Positions 1 through 12,209 of a stretch of 64,000 nucleotides of DNA are shown in pieces. Each line of letters begins with the position of its first letter. Within the stretch, counting starts at the first letter, position 1. The stretch comes from Eledone cirrhosa (taxonomy: Eukaryota): NCBI GenBank assembly GCA_964016885.1, contig OZ024755.1:20088001-20152000 (forward strand), given 5' to 3'. Below the pieces are notes generated by a model. That model did not search any database. It worked only from the letters and a program-made list of their open reading frames with translations, and was not told where the DNA came from. The position numbers and the translations under genes are program-made.

Positions 1-649
1 TCAGGGTATAGAGTGACGGAATGAATAGTGCAAGTTATTATATACAATGTTCTAGAAATTCTGCGGATTCAGCAGAATCTTTCTTTAATGCAAATTCTGA
101 CAGACATTATAAAGTTGAAAGTAAGCGAGCAAATTATTCTACATTTATTAAACTGACACCAAATTCAAACTAGAACTTCAATATGTCATTACAAACTGTT
201 CCAATTATACTTGCTACCAGAGTTTGCTCGATATCTGCAAAGAAAGTCACTAATTTTCAATCTGATATTATTTCTATCAATGGAAGTCTAGTATCAGCAT
301 TCCATTTTATGATATTATTTTGGATACATTATGTGTATTATAATTTAGATATGTCAGAGATGATAAAAATAACTAGGAGTATTTATTTACAAGGGACGTT
401 GATTTGATCTATGCAAAGAATGGAATTGAAATAGCTACAGAACTATAAAACATTAATGTTTCTAGCATATGAAGCAATATAACCATTGTTTTATTTTATA
501 TTTCACCTGAAGACACATGTTTCTGTGTTATACTGTTCTAGCAAGTCAGATGATCTGGGATCATGTATTGAAACCTGACTAATTGAACCGTGAGTCATGT
601 AAAAGTTATGGTAGCCATTATTTACTCACATACAGCATTGTATTTACTT

Positions 650-826
650 GTGAATTGGGCAGTATCGGAAGAACGTCAAACATCATGCTTTGCAGCATAG
701 CGTTATGGCCCTTTATGTTCTGAGTTCAAATCCTGCCGAGGTTAGCTTTGCCTTTCATTTTTATGTGGTCGATAAAATAAAGCACCGGGTTAATTGCTGG
801 CCTTGTGCCAAAATAGAAACAATTAT
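650..826 (+). mobile_element. tRNA-derived SINE family A (Nin/Deu-like central domain), diverged copy
   Basis: A-box-like GGCAGTATCGG, B-box GAGTTCAAATCC, core GCCTTTCAT..GTCGATAAAATAAAGCACC, tail GGCCTTGTGCCAAAATAGAAACAATTA; about 20 homologues in the window. Confidence 0.85.
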
Positions 827-1621
827 ATTTACTTCTGTCTATTTAATGAGGTTTCTATAATGTAATATATAAAAAAAATGGCGGCAGTAAAAGAGTGTCA
901 GTAACTAGATCATAGATAGATACTGCCACTATATAAAGCAAATGTACATAACGATATGTTTGAAATCCAAATGGGAGTCAGGAACCTGACATGGTGCAAT
1001 TGGTAGGTAATCTTAATTTAGATGTAAGAATCATTTTCAGAGAGTTAAAAGCAACAGATATACTAAATCTAATGAAAACACATCCTAATTATATAGCATC
1101 TAATTAGAAAGTAATCTCATAATTAAGTGAGAAAAGGATGAGGGAGAGAGAGAGAGAGAGAGAGGGAGAGGAATAAAGTTGTATGTGTGAAAGTGGGTCC
1201 ATTAGCAATGCACTTTCTAAATTGATATACAAAGAAGACAATTGATAAATTTTAAATGTTAAAATGACGCGTTAAGTGTTATAAATAAGTTGATGAAAGG
1301 CTTTATACGTAGAATTAAACATAAATTGGTTTTCAGTAGGTAAATACTTAGTGGCAGATAATTACTTTATTTTCATATAATTATCACTTCCATTGCCTTT
1401 TTAGTTATGACTAAAACAAAATGTCTTACTCAGCATTTTAAAGCCTCCATCTAAATTCTACTAAAGTATTGCTTGTGCTTCCTTATCAACATTTCACTCT
1501 TGCACAACTAGAAATTCTACTCCCAATCCAATTATATATATATGTATATATATATTTTTATATATTTCGTTTCTGAATTTGTTTAGCAAGATTCTTTATC
1601 TGAAATCGTGTGTTGAAACCG

Positions 1622-1786
1622 ATATTGTTACACTTTGGGAGGGTCATGCTGCCAATAAGAAACACACGCACCAGAAATTTATAAATATTTAATAAATTTA
1701 ATAAATATTTAATAAATTAAATTGAAGTGAAAGCAACTGGTGCGTGTGTTTCTTATTGGCAGCATGACCCTCCCAAAGTGTAACAA

Positions 1787-1790
<4 letters not shown>
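1622..1790. repeat. Fold-back inverted repeat between (TA)n tracts
   Basis: ATATTGTTACACTTTGGGAGGGTCATGCTGCCAATAAGAAACACACGCACCAG (1622-1674) recurs as reverse complement at ~1737-1789. Confidence 0.9.
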
Positions 1791-1860
<70 letters not shown>

Positions 1861-1887
1861 TGGTTACACAATAGTTAGTACACCATA

Positions 1888-1927
1888 CCGAGAACAATTG
1901 TTTCACCTTAGCGGATCCTCAGCTCCG
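1888..1927 (-). ncRNA. Minimal type I hammerhead ribozyme (family H1)
   Basis: Minus strand CGGAG-CTGAGGA-TCCGCTAAGGT-GAAAC-AATT-GTT-CTCGG; sibling at 12634-12666 has canonical GTC. Confidence 0.7.
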
Positions 1928-1945
1928 AAGATATATATATATATA

Positions 1946-2154
1946 GGGAAAGAGTCAGGACCTCGATGGCTGAGCTCCAGCTGTCTCGACAGCTGCATTC
2001 GAACTAAGGCACTGGTTTGGATCTAGCTGTCGAAACAGCCGGAGCTCAGCCGTCGGGGTTCCTGACTCTTTCTTTTCCTATTACCCACTCGACTACCCTA
2101 TGTATTGAGTACTCTTGGGCCTTATGGTCCACCTGGCATTTCACCACACCCTCG

Positions 2155-2157
<3 letters not shown>
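1946..2157 (+). mobile_element. Short dispersed element (family H2) with 5' inverted duplication, contains hammerhead 3' half; probable Penelope-like pLTR remnant
   Basis: GAAAGAGTCAGGACCTCGATGGCTGAGCTCC..CAGCTG is inverted relative to 2023-2072; homologues at 12009-12173, 23040-23090, 55392-55587; flanked by (TA)n. Confidence 0.7.
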
Positions 2158-2201
<44 letters not shown>

Positions 2202-2230
2202 AACAAAAGATGGTTAAAAGAATTCCATGT

Positions 2231-2299
2231 ATTTTATTATGAGCATTTCAAAAACAAATATCATCATGCAATAATATTTGTGTTTTCATCAGATAAAAC
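2231..2299 (-). ncRNA. Type I hammerhead ribozyme (family H3)
   Basis: Minus strand GTTTTAT-CTGATGA-[AAACACAAATATTATT..TGATGATATTTGTTTTT hairpin]-GAAAT-GCTC-ATA-ATAAAAT; stems I and II pair. Confidence 0.8.
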
Positions 2300-2372
2300 A
2301 TGAAGACATGATATGAAGGTTAAAAAACACTTGTGGATAGTTCAGTTTTAAATCAACATAAAACTCACCTCC

Positions 2373-2425
<53 letters not shown>

Positions 2426-3789
2426 ATATATATATATGTGTATACATGTGTGTGTGAGTGTGTGTCACCGTGCATGTGTAAGTGTCTATATATGTGTATA
2501 CGTTATGCTTTGTAAGCTGTTCAACTATTTTAAATATATATACTACAAATATCGCTAATTCTCTAGTTTCATAAGCATCTTTCGTAAATTCATTCGACAA
2601 AAATCATGGTTTAACAATATATTAGAGGGAAGTAGTCTAAAATATGTGTTGTCTGATTCCAATTTAGCTCATAGAAAATTGAATGCATGATAATGCATGA
2701 TAATGCTCTTTTTTTACAATATATCAGGACACAAGAAACCTTCAACCTTCCTTCAAATGCTTCTATTATGAGACTAAATTCAGTAACGTTAAAATGTATA
2801 AATGACTCATTTTATTTTATCGATTTAAGAATCCATTATAAACCAGGAATTTCCAGTACAACAGGGCAATTTTCAGTGCAACGTATGCATCAACACTTGC
2901 TATTCGATAGATAGAACTCTAAAGTACAAAAGATTTCTGAAATACTGACATTAATCATTGATATTTTGGCAAGAGAATAAATATCTTTTAAGAAATATTT
3001 CATAGCTAAACGTGAAATAATAAATGGCCAATATTCTCGTTTAGAAATAGAATTCTACAGAGGCAATTTTAGGATGACAACTTCAGTAATTTTAGCCCAT
3101 TCACACATTAAAAATCAAAAATGGTGGTTGTACAAGTTATTTTTTCTTTCTTTTACTAAATTACATTCATTAAATACCTGCTTCTCTATGTATGTGTATG
3201 TATGTATATGTTTGTATGCATAGGTTTGTATGCATCTATGCGTGTGTATGTATGCATATGTTTGTATGTATGTGTGTGTGTATGTATATGTTTGTATGTA
3301 TATGTATATGTATCTATGTATGTTTGTGCGTGTGCATGCATGCATATATGTATATTTATATCTATCTAACCATATACATATGTATTCCTTCTCTATGTCT
3401 CTTGACGACCATATACAACCAGTCTTTAACCTTTCTGACTTCTAGATTTTAATAAAAATGCAATCATTTTCTCGAATCCCAAGACCCCCATATGGTCAGC
3501 GTTTCTATCAAATGTCAAAAGAGTAAACCATATAAGAGCTACACATATTCCAGTATAGGATATAACTGAGTTATAAACATCTTCTCCTGCAAGTTGAATT
3601 GAAATCAGCAATGTGTAGTAACAAATGCCTCATAAAATCTAGAGCTGCTGCTATATGTATAAGAAAATTATAGCTGCTTAGAGATATGTACACACCACAC
3701 ACAAGACACACATATGCTGTAATTCTGTGTAGTTACAATGCATGTGATGGTCAATGCATATATAAGGAAACTTCATTATAAGGTGAATG

Positions 3790-4740
3790 CAACCTTTTTT
3801 CTCCTTATTTTCATTCTATCTGAGTATCAAGTGGAAAGGCAAGTCGTATCAACTGACATGTTTTGTTTTTCTTTTCTATTAAAAATGAGGTCAGGTCTCT
3901 TATGATCTAGCCCTTTATAGGTTTGTATGGGCCAACCCCATAAAATTTTGCAGTTTTCGGACTCCAATACATTCTCTGGTTGATGCAGGTACCATCTGCC
4001 TGCTTTGCCAAATCTCCACACAGTTTCTAGTGGTTTATATTGGCTACATTATTATGTCTTACCTTCTTATATTAATTTTGAGTAAGTTTCAGACACTCTG
4101 AGACAATGTCTGCCACTGTTTCAACTGCGCAGCTAAACAATCGACAGGGAGGAGGAGATACATCTTCTCCATATACTGCTTTTCTGATGTTGGCTTAGTG
4201 GTTATAGCATTGAGCTTTCAATTGTGAGGTTGTGAGTTCAATTCTCAGACCAGGTGATGCGTTGTGTCCTTCAGCAAGACACTTTATTTCACACTGTAGA
4301 AATGAGTTGCGACGTCACTGGTGCCAAGCTGTGTCAGTCTTTGGACAACATCTGTGGTGTGCAGAGAGGAGACTGGTATGCATGGGTGACTGGTATGCAT
4401 GGGAGACTGGTATGCATGGGAGACTGGTATGCATGGGAGACTGGTATGCATGGGTGACTGGTATGCATGGCTGACTGTTGGTCTTCCACAAACAACATTG
4501 CCCAGACTTGTACCTAGGAGGGGAGCTTTCTAGGTGTATATCCCATGGTCATTCATGACCGAAGGGGTTTTTTACCCTTTTTATTTGTGCAACTTGCCTG
4601 ATCTTGTGCTGCAATCATTGCGCTCTCTGTCTTCTTTTTCAATCTTTAGCCAATCACACATTTTATACCTCTCACTTCATCAGTTGCTTTTATGAACTGT
4701 CCGTGTAGTGTCTTGTCATCTTATGCAGTTTCATATTCAT
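3790..4740 (-). mobile_element. Degraded R4/Dong-like non-LTR retrotransposon, C-terminal zinc knuckle and REL endonuclease region, split by a SINE
   Basis: Translated remnants KTESAMIAAQDQA, CRL..ETVADIVSEC, YKKVRHNNVA, WYLHQPENVLESENCKILW..IQT..HKRPDLI with stops and frameshifts. Confidence 0.8.
4190..4582 (+). mobile_element. tRNA-derived SINE family B with internal 19-bp tandem expansion
   Basis: TGGCTTAGTGGTTA A-box, GAGTTCAATTC B-box, GTGTCCTTCAGCAAGACACT core; GACTGGTATGCATGGG(A/T) x5-6 at ~4370-4475; homologue at 14936-15290. Confidence 0.85.
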
Positions 4741-5647
4741 ATTGTTGTTGTTGTTTTTGTTCTTGTTGTTATTGATTAACTATTAAAATCATCCCAGACA
4801 TTTTTTATTTATTTTTATATATTAACTAACTCGTTTTAGGTTTCTATGTAAACTGGTTACATGAATATCTCTCACACCGAAATGTAAATTGAAGCATCTT
4901 TCAAACTGATATGTTGTAGTCAAGAGAAACATATGAATATGTAATTATATATGAAGAGGTCATTACTGTGAGCGAGAAAATAAGTAGAAAAGAGATCAGA
5001 CGTATATATGTTTTTAACCTTTCCTCTTTTTAGTTATAAATATCCATCAACAAGCCACGGAACTGGACAATATGTACCATCAATGCTATTTTAAGTTTCA
5101 AAACATTGTATATAAAATGAGAAGGTCAGAATATTATCTCTGAAAAAAATATTAACATTCGATATAATAACATAGTTGCCATATGCTACCTCACAAAAAG
5201 ATTTGGCAGACATTGTTAACTTTCAGTATCAAAACTACGTAGAATTTTATTTAATATTCAAGGTGTCTTGAGTGAGTTGACACATAAGTTATTTCAAATA
5301 CTGATTAAAAAAAAAACGTAACTGCTGCTTAGAGTTTAATATTTTTATAAATGTCATTTATAAGACAGGTTATTTAGTTTTGGAAGATTTCTTGAGAATA
5401 TAGTGTAAATTTGATCGAAGTAAAATAGATATAAAGAAAATCTCAGTGTGAACTTCAAATTGACATTAGTAATCATGGTATGAAACAATAAAGCACAGCA
5501 AGCATGAACTCATGGACATAAGGTAAGACTGAAAATTAATTCTCAAAATGTGAATTTCATCCCTGTACATGTACGCCCCTCAAATCTTAAAATCCTGCCT
5601 CGTTTATGATTTTGATGTAGCGGATGATATTTAGCTTTAAAAAGCAA

Positions 5648-6145
5648 CATTAACTCCATCATTCCAGAGGCCCTAAACATACCAAACCATTAATGAAAAT
5701 GATGAAAACAAAGTAAGTATCTCATTTTCTTTTGTTTTATTGAAGTTAGGAAAATGTTACAAAACTATCTTCCTCCTTTACCACCACCGCCATAGCTATT
5801 GGTTTATAGTCATTTTCCCATCCAGCACTACCACTTTAGACTCAATGAAATGGACTCAGTAGAGCATGGGAATGTATGTTAGCAGGACCCTGACCCATCA
5901 GAGATGTCAGTAGCTTTGCTTGAGTACTAGCTCAGTCTGTGAAGACCTGCCTAACCCTTGATAGTAGGGAAAGTGGATGTTAAATGATGATGATTATATA
6001 TATATATTATATACACACACACACACCACACACACATATGTGTAAGTATGTGTAGAATAATGAAAACAAAAGTCATTAACACCATCGTTCCAGAGGGCCT
6101 AAACATACCAAACCATTAATGAAAATGATGAAAATAAACTAAGTA
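5648..6145 (+). repeat. Direct duplication of a ~70-bp segment
   Basis: CATTAAC.CCATC.TTCCAGAGG.CCTAAACATACCAAACCATTAATGAAAATGATGAAAA at ~5648 and ~6074. Confidence 0.85.
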
Positions 6146-6595
6146 CAATATAAGTACAATATAAGCTCATCATTTGTTTAGTTAGATAATGATGTGATGG
6201 CTGTATCTTTGGTTAGTTTGCTAAGAGAATCATTGTATAACTTTGAACCTTGGGTTTCACCTCTACAAGTATAACAGGTTATATGTTTTGCCATATAGTC
6301 TAAGAAATAGGTAACTGTGTAATCTTATCAGAATGAAGACAGAATAAGCTGCATTACAGGAAAATATTCAAAATTACTTTAGATTTCATATCGCCTTTCT
6401 GAATTGGATGATATCGATTTATGTGACACTAATAATAATAATACTATATTTTAAATGTAAATAATAGACATGTGCAATTATCTCTATTGATTCATTTTGT
6501 TTGAAACTACACACACACACATATAATGTATATAAAGATATATATATAAATATAGATACATATAAATATATATATATATATAAATATATATATAA

Positions 6596-6952
6596 GTCCA
6601 GTAAGACAACTTCCCTAGTGCTGGTGGCACGAATAAAAACACCCAGTTCATGCTGTAAAATGGAGGGGTGGCTAGGGCCCCTGAGTCCAGTAAGACGATC
6701 TCTCTAGTGCTGGTGGCACAAATAAAAGCACCCAGTCTATGCTGTAAAATGGAGGGGTAAAGAGGGCCCCTACGTCCAGTAAGATAACCTCTCTAATGCT
6801 GGTGGCACAAATAAAAGCACCCAGTCCATGCTGTAAAGTTGTGCTGGTGTTAGGAAGGGTATCCAACCAGTATATATACTACTGCCAAACACTATGAGTC
6901 CAACCCTTGCAAGCAGGGAAAAGCGGACGTAAAATGATGATGATGATGATGA
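6596..6952 (+). mobile_element. SINE family D 3' part (Meta-like domain) with three tandem ~90-bp internal repeats and (GAT)n tail
   Basis: GTCCAGTAAGA..TGCTGGTGGCAC.AATAAAA.CACCCAGT x3 then GGTGTTAGGAAGGGTATCC..CCCTTGCAAGCAGGGAAAAGCGGACGTAAAATGATGATG. Confidence 0.75.
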
Positions 6953-7013
6953 TATATATATAGTGAAAGAGTTAAGAATAACATGGTCAACAGTACAAAA
7001 AGGGTTTTATTTA

Positions 7014-7126
7014 CAGTATTAACAATTGTTTCATTGATTAAGTTGTCTAAAAATTGCTAATCACTTGAAGTTGTGTCACTCAATTTTAAATACAATGCAT
7101 GTTTAACCAAATCATCAGAAAAACTG
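7014..7126 (-). ncRNA. Type I hammerhead with extended stem II (family H4), partly degenerate
   Basis: Minus strand CAGTTTTT-CTGATGA-TTTGGTTAA..(~55 nt)..TTAATCAAT-GAAAC-AATT-GTT-AATACTG. Confidence 0.6.
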
Positions 7127-7178
7127 ATTAAAATTATACACAGCATTTGTAATATACAAGGGAAATTCAAATCACAGT

Positions 7179-7228
7179 GAGCTGTACTGATGAAGAGTGA
7201 TACCCAGAAACATTAGTGTCTGCAGTTC
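7179..7228 (+). ncRNA. Minimal type I hammerhead ribozyme (family H5, copy 1)
   Basis: GAGCTGTA-CTGATGA-AGAGTGATACCCA-GAAAC-ATTAGT-GTC-TGCAGTTC; 8-bp stem I; predicted cut after 7220. Confidence 0.85.
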
Positions 7229-7616
7229 TTTTCGCATGCCAACACAAGAGCAAGAATGAAGTGTTCATTCTATTGACATGGCTAAAAAATTGAGGCTTGT
7301 TTGCAAATTTGCAAACGAATCGAATGTTTTTATTAATATTCTAAAAACTCAGATTACCTTTATTGTATTCAGCCATGTAGAGTGAAATTTTCTTTTTTAT
7401 TTGAATTTGGCAAAGCTGGCCATTTATCGCTCGCATACAGGAAACTGACTCGCCAGTGGGCTGATATGTAAATCTGGCTGATCAGTGGATCTGCTAATAT
7501 GCAGATCTGACTAATCAGCCAGTCTGCTAAAATGCAAATCAGGCTGATCAGTCACTGAGTATTTTTGAAAATAGCATATATTTTCACTAGCTCTGACAGT
7601 TTGGCAGGTGAACAGT

Positions 7617-7666
7617 GAGCTGTACTGATGAAGGGTGATACCCAGAAATATTAGTGTCTGCAGTTC
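7617..7666 (+). ncRNA. Minimal type I hammerhead ribozyme (family H5, copy 2)
   Basis: GAGCTGTA-CTGATGA-AGGGTGATACCCA-GAAAT-ATTAGT-GTC-TGCAGTTC; predicted cut after 7658. Confidence 0.85.
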
Positions 7667-7760
7667 TGTTCGCATACCAACACAAGAACATGAATGAAGT
7701 GTTCATTCTACTGACATGGCTATAAAAATGAGGCTTGTTTGCATAATTGCAAACAAAACA

Positions 7761-7952
7761 AGGGCGGTGAATTGGCAGTATCGGTAGAGGGTTGGACGCC
7801 ATGCTTTCTAGCATAGTTACGTCCCTTTACAGTCTGAGTTCAAATCCCGCCGAGGTTAACTTTGCTTTTCATCCTTACGGGGTCGATAAAATAAAGTACT
7901 AGTAATGTACTGGGTAATTGCTGGCCTTGTGCCAAAAGTAGAAACAATTATT
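7761..7952 (+). mobile_element. SINE family A, short form, inserted in the second H5 repeat
   Basis: Complete GGGCGGTG..GAAACAATTATT copy; H5 homology resumes at ~7952. Confidence 0.9.
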
Positions 7953-8015
7953 AATATTCAAAAAACTCAGATTACATTTATTGTATTCATCCATGTAGAG
8001 CGAAATTTTCTTTTT

Positions 8016-8421
<406 letters not shown>

Positions 8422-8933
8422 CTGGGAAAGAACACATCACTGTTTATGTCCTTTATGGTCGAAAGATAATGTTGCTTATGATCAGACTTATATATAAATC
8501 AATTTCATACATGGACAGGCGGTGTTTTCAAAATCCCGCATAGCTGAACGAATAACATTAGTTATTGACATAACATTTGCATAGATCGGTATTTAACAGA
8601 AACATACTTTAGCTGGTAGAATTTAAAAGTTTTAATAATTATTGTCACTATGTATTCAGAAATCTATCTATATAGTACTAAAACTCTGTGATTGCTTGCT
8701 TGCTTGTCTGTAATGTAATACAGCCAAAAATGCCCATAATGGGAAAATACTTTTCCCATTATGGGCGTTTTTGTTTCAGGTTGCCCCTGAAATAGGAATA
8801 CAAATAGAATAAAACGAGTTTTGCGTAAATCGGAGCACGGGTTATGGGTTTTTTCCGAGTACCTTCATGAAGTTTTTCCGAGTACCTTCATGAGGTTTTT
8901 CCGAGTACCTTCATGAACAAAGGGAGAGAAAGA

Positions 8934-9345
8934 TAGAGAGGAAGAGATAGTGGTTGTGACAGAGTAGATTGAAAGAGAGACATAGAGAGAGGAAGAGATA
9001 GTGGTTGTGACAGAGTAGATTGAAAGAGAGACATAGAGAGAGGAAGAGATAGTGGTTGTGACAGAGTAGATTGAAAGAGAGACATAGAGAGAGGAAGAGA
9101 TAGTGGTTGTGACAGAGTAGATTGAAAGAGAGACATAGAGAGAGGAAGAGATAGTGGTTGTGACAGAGTAGATTGAAAGAGAGACATAGAGAGAGGAAGA
9201 GATAGTGGTTGTGACAGAGTAGATTGAAAGAGAGACATAGAGAGAGGAAGAGATAGTGGTTGTGACAGAGTAGATTGAAAGAGAGACATAGAGAGAGGAA
9301 GAGATAGTGGTTGTGACAGAGTAGATTGAAAGAGAGACATAGAGA
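8934..9345. repeat. 51-bp minisatellite, 8 near-identical copies
   Basis: AGAGAGAGGAAGAGATAGTGGTTGTGACAGAGTAGATTGAAAGAGAGACAT; 17-aa periodicity in overlapping ORFs. Confidence 0.95.
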
Positions 9346-9428
9346 GAGGGAGAGGAGACAGCGAAGGAGAATGGAAGAGAGCTGGTGGTGTTTATGTGCA
9401 TATATATATATATGTGTGTGAGTGTGTG

Positions 9429-9605
9429 TCATCATCATCATCATCATCATCGTTTAACGTCCGTGTTCCACGCTTGCATGGGTTTGGACGGGAGTATTCC
9501 CACTTGAGGCAAGAGTGGTTGTCTTGCTCGCATAGGACTGTCTGGCGGGTTTTCTACAGTTGGATGCCCTTCCTAACACCAACCACATTTACAGTGTGGG
9601 ACTGT
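9429..9605 (-). mobile_element. SINE family D 3' fragment
   Basis: (TCA)n tail then CGTCCGTGTTCCACGCTTGCATGGG..GGATGCCCTTCCTAACACCAACC; near-identical to 23373-23545. Confidence 0.8.
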
Positions 9606-9714
9606 GCGTGTATATATATATATATATGTGTGTGTGTATGTGTGTCTATGACCAGTGCATATAGATCACAGTCACCCACATATATATATATAGGCACGCA
9701 TTCATATATATATG

Positions 9715-9760
<46 letters not shown>

Positions 9761-10534
9761 GATACATATACACACGTATATATATGGGCCTTCCTGTTTC
9801 ATTTCACATTATATACATGTCTGTGTATATTTCAATTATTTAAAAATTATTTTTAAGTGAACATGATTTAAAAAAAATATTTTGAATTGAACGTGACCCA
9901 ACAGGTCACGGGTGGTCTAGTATTCTTTAAAAGTGAAATAGGCCTCCCCGGAACGATAATATATTCTATTTAGATGTAATTTTCTAAGCAGCCAAATAAC
10001 AAGAAAACAGTTATTAATGGGGTTCAAATAATAGATCTTGTTTCATATATCCTTTCCCCTTTCACGAATAGGAAATTAAATATATTGATAAATATATATT
10101 CCCATTTCCCTTTTTAATTGTTCATATTCTATCTTTAATATCTATGGTTCTTTGAAAACAAATTTTCCTCATTGATTCTTTTTTTCTCTATCTCCTCTAT
10201 AATTGTTTCTTGTCACTCCTTCTTTCCTCTCTTTTTCTCTATCTGTGTCTCAATCAAATGTACTTTTATTAACGACATGTTCCTCTTACCATTCTGTGTG
10301 ATTTGTGATTATTTTCTTTAGCTTTATTTTTAATGTATTTCGTTGAATAGGAATTGACGGAGTAATTGTTAAATGCTTGTTTCAACGAAATATTGAACAT
10401 CAAAGACGACGTTCTGCTTGATAATGTTGGAGAATCAGTAAAGTTTGTTTTTATTTGAAGTTTTTCTGACTATTAGATCATGTCAGGTTATGAAAAGAAT
10501 GGTATTAAGCAAAAATTTTCAATTTGTTCTCTAA

Positions 10535-10960
10535 ATGTGGTGTATCCATGTGGTGTTTCCATGTGGTGTATCCGTGTGGCATCTCCGTGCGTCAAAAACA
10601 ATTATTAGAAATCGCTGTGTGATATCTCCATGTGGTGTATCCATGTGGCGTCTCCGTCCATCAAAAACAATTATTAGAAATCGCTGTGTGATATCTCCAT
10701 GTGGTGTATCCATGTGGCGTCTCCGTCCGTCAAAAACAATTATTAGAAATCGCTGTGTGATATCTCCATGTGGTGTCGCCATGTGGTGTTTCCGTGCATC
10801 AAAAACAATTATTAGAAATCGCTGTGTGATATCTGCATGTGGTGTTGCCAAGTGGTGTATCCATGTGGTGTTTCCATGAAGTATCTATCTCCATATGGTG
10901 TTGCCATGTAGTTTATCCAAGTGGTATCTCCATGTGATGGTCTCTATGTGGTGTCTCTAC
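10535..10960. repeat. 69-bp minisatellite (4 copies) built on CCATGTGGTGT subrepeats
   Basis: TCAAAAACAATTATTAGAAATCGCTGTGTGATATCTCCATGTGGTGT.. repeated; 23-aa periodicity. Confidence 0.9.
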
Positions 10961-11469
10961 GTGCAAGATGTAGTAATGAAGTATCCCTCAAATTGTACCT
11001 GTCTACTTTCACAAACAGGCAGATTAGATAATATAGTTCTAGAACGGTGATGATGATGATGATATATTGTGTCTGAAGAAAAGACAACTTTTATCATAAG
11101 TCTCCTCAATTAGGGACAACCTGGGCCTGTACACCAATGGCTCTTCCAGCGCATCTCCCTTACCATCCTCCAGAGAAATGCCTTCTCCATCCTGTCCGCC
11201 GGGGCTGTGGGGAGGACAGCACATGGGACCCCATTTGCTCACTATACGGGTTAATAGGCAAAGTTATAACCTATTGTAAATAAACCTAATTAACTTTCTT
11301 ATGAGTATGGCATATAACTCGACTAATGGCCAAATTAATGTGGTAATTATAAATTAAGACTAGCTTTTATTAGAAAGTATCATTTATTTCATGGCTAATG
11401 AAATATATTTTCAACGAACAAAACAGCACTGTGGTAAACGTTTTTAATGTATTTCTGAATATATGTTAA

Positions 11470-11860
11470 TCCTTTAGCATTTACATTATTCTATATATAC
11501 TATATATACTAAGGGTGGTGGATTGGCAGTATCGGTAGAGGGTCGGACGCCATGCTTTGATGCATAGTTACGGCCCTTGCCATTCTGAGTTCAAATCCAG
11601 CCGAGGTTAACTTTGCCTTTCATCCTTACGGGGTCGATAAAATAAAGTACCAGTAATACACTGGATAATTGCTGGCCTTGTGCCAAAAGTAGAAACAATT
11701 ATTCTATATATACTATTGTATTTCCATGGTAAAGGTTTTACCTCACATAATTATCTCACATAATATCGAATCTATGAGATTTTGATATTATTACAGCAGG
11801 TTTGAACAGAAAGAGGTGTGAGAATTCTGTCCGGATTTGGCCAGTTTAAAAGCTAAAGGC
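11470..11860. mobile_element. piggyBac-type MITE interrupted by a SINE A copy
   Basis: TTAA|TCCTTTAGCATTTA ... TAAAAGCTAAAGGC|TTAA; second copy at ~17057-17258. Confidence 0.7.
11512..11702 (+). mobile_element. SINE family A, short form
   Basis: Full-length copy; ATTCTATATATACT present on both flanks (probable TSD). Confidence 0.9.
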
Positions 11861-12008
11861 TTAATCCACATGATATCTATCAATGTAATCTGCAACTTTC
11901 GAGCATACTTGAAAAGAAATTGATCAACAAGTTCCCGGACCTCATCCTTTATAACCATTGAGGTAGAACGTGTTAATCGGACTGGAAAAACTATATATGT
12001 GTATGTAT

Positions 12009-12173
12009 AGGAAAAGAGTCAGTACCCCGACGGCTGAGCTCTGGAGGTTTCAACAGCTTGATCTGAACTAACCCAGCAGTATACTGTTTTCCTATTACCC
12101 ACTCTACCACCCTAAGTATCAAGTACTCTAGTGCGTTATGGTCCACCTCGTTTCTTACTACACTTTCTTTGTT
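12009..12173 (+). mobile_element. Family H2 element with inverted 5' segment
   Basis: Homologous to 1946-2157. Confidence 0.7.
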
Positions 12174-12174
12174 A

Positions 12175-12209
<35 letters not shown>

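Larger units (their letters stand above)
8663..9920 (+). mobile_element. Non-autonomous Helitron carrying a 51-bp tandem array and a SINE fragment
   Basis: 5' A|TCTATCTATATA, 3' hairpin CGTGACC-CAACA-GGTCACG followed by CTAG|T; internal palindrome GCCCATAATGGGAAAA-TAC-TTTTCCCATTATGGGC. Confidence 0.7.

Noticed and set aside
501-597. Hammerhead with long stem II (CTGAAGA..GAAAC)
   Set aside because: No clear NUH triplet adjacent to the putative stem I; too degenerate to call
8436-8485. Degenerate hammerhead-like layout; a similar case lies at 27036-27070
   Set aside because: Core differs at two or more positions and stem II is weak
8865-9450. Repeat-protein ORFs or CRISPR-like array
   Set aside because: Identical 51-bp units with no unique spacers; open in all three minus frames; eukaryotic context
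11039-11242. GC-rich 67-aa ORF
   Set aside because: No recognisable motif or convincing splice-site pair
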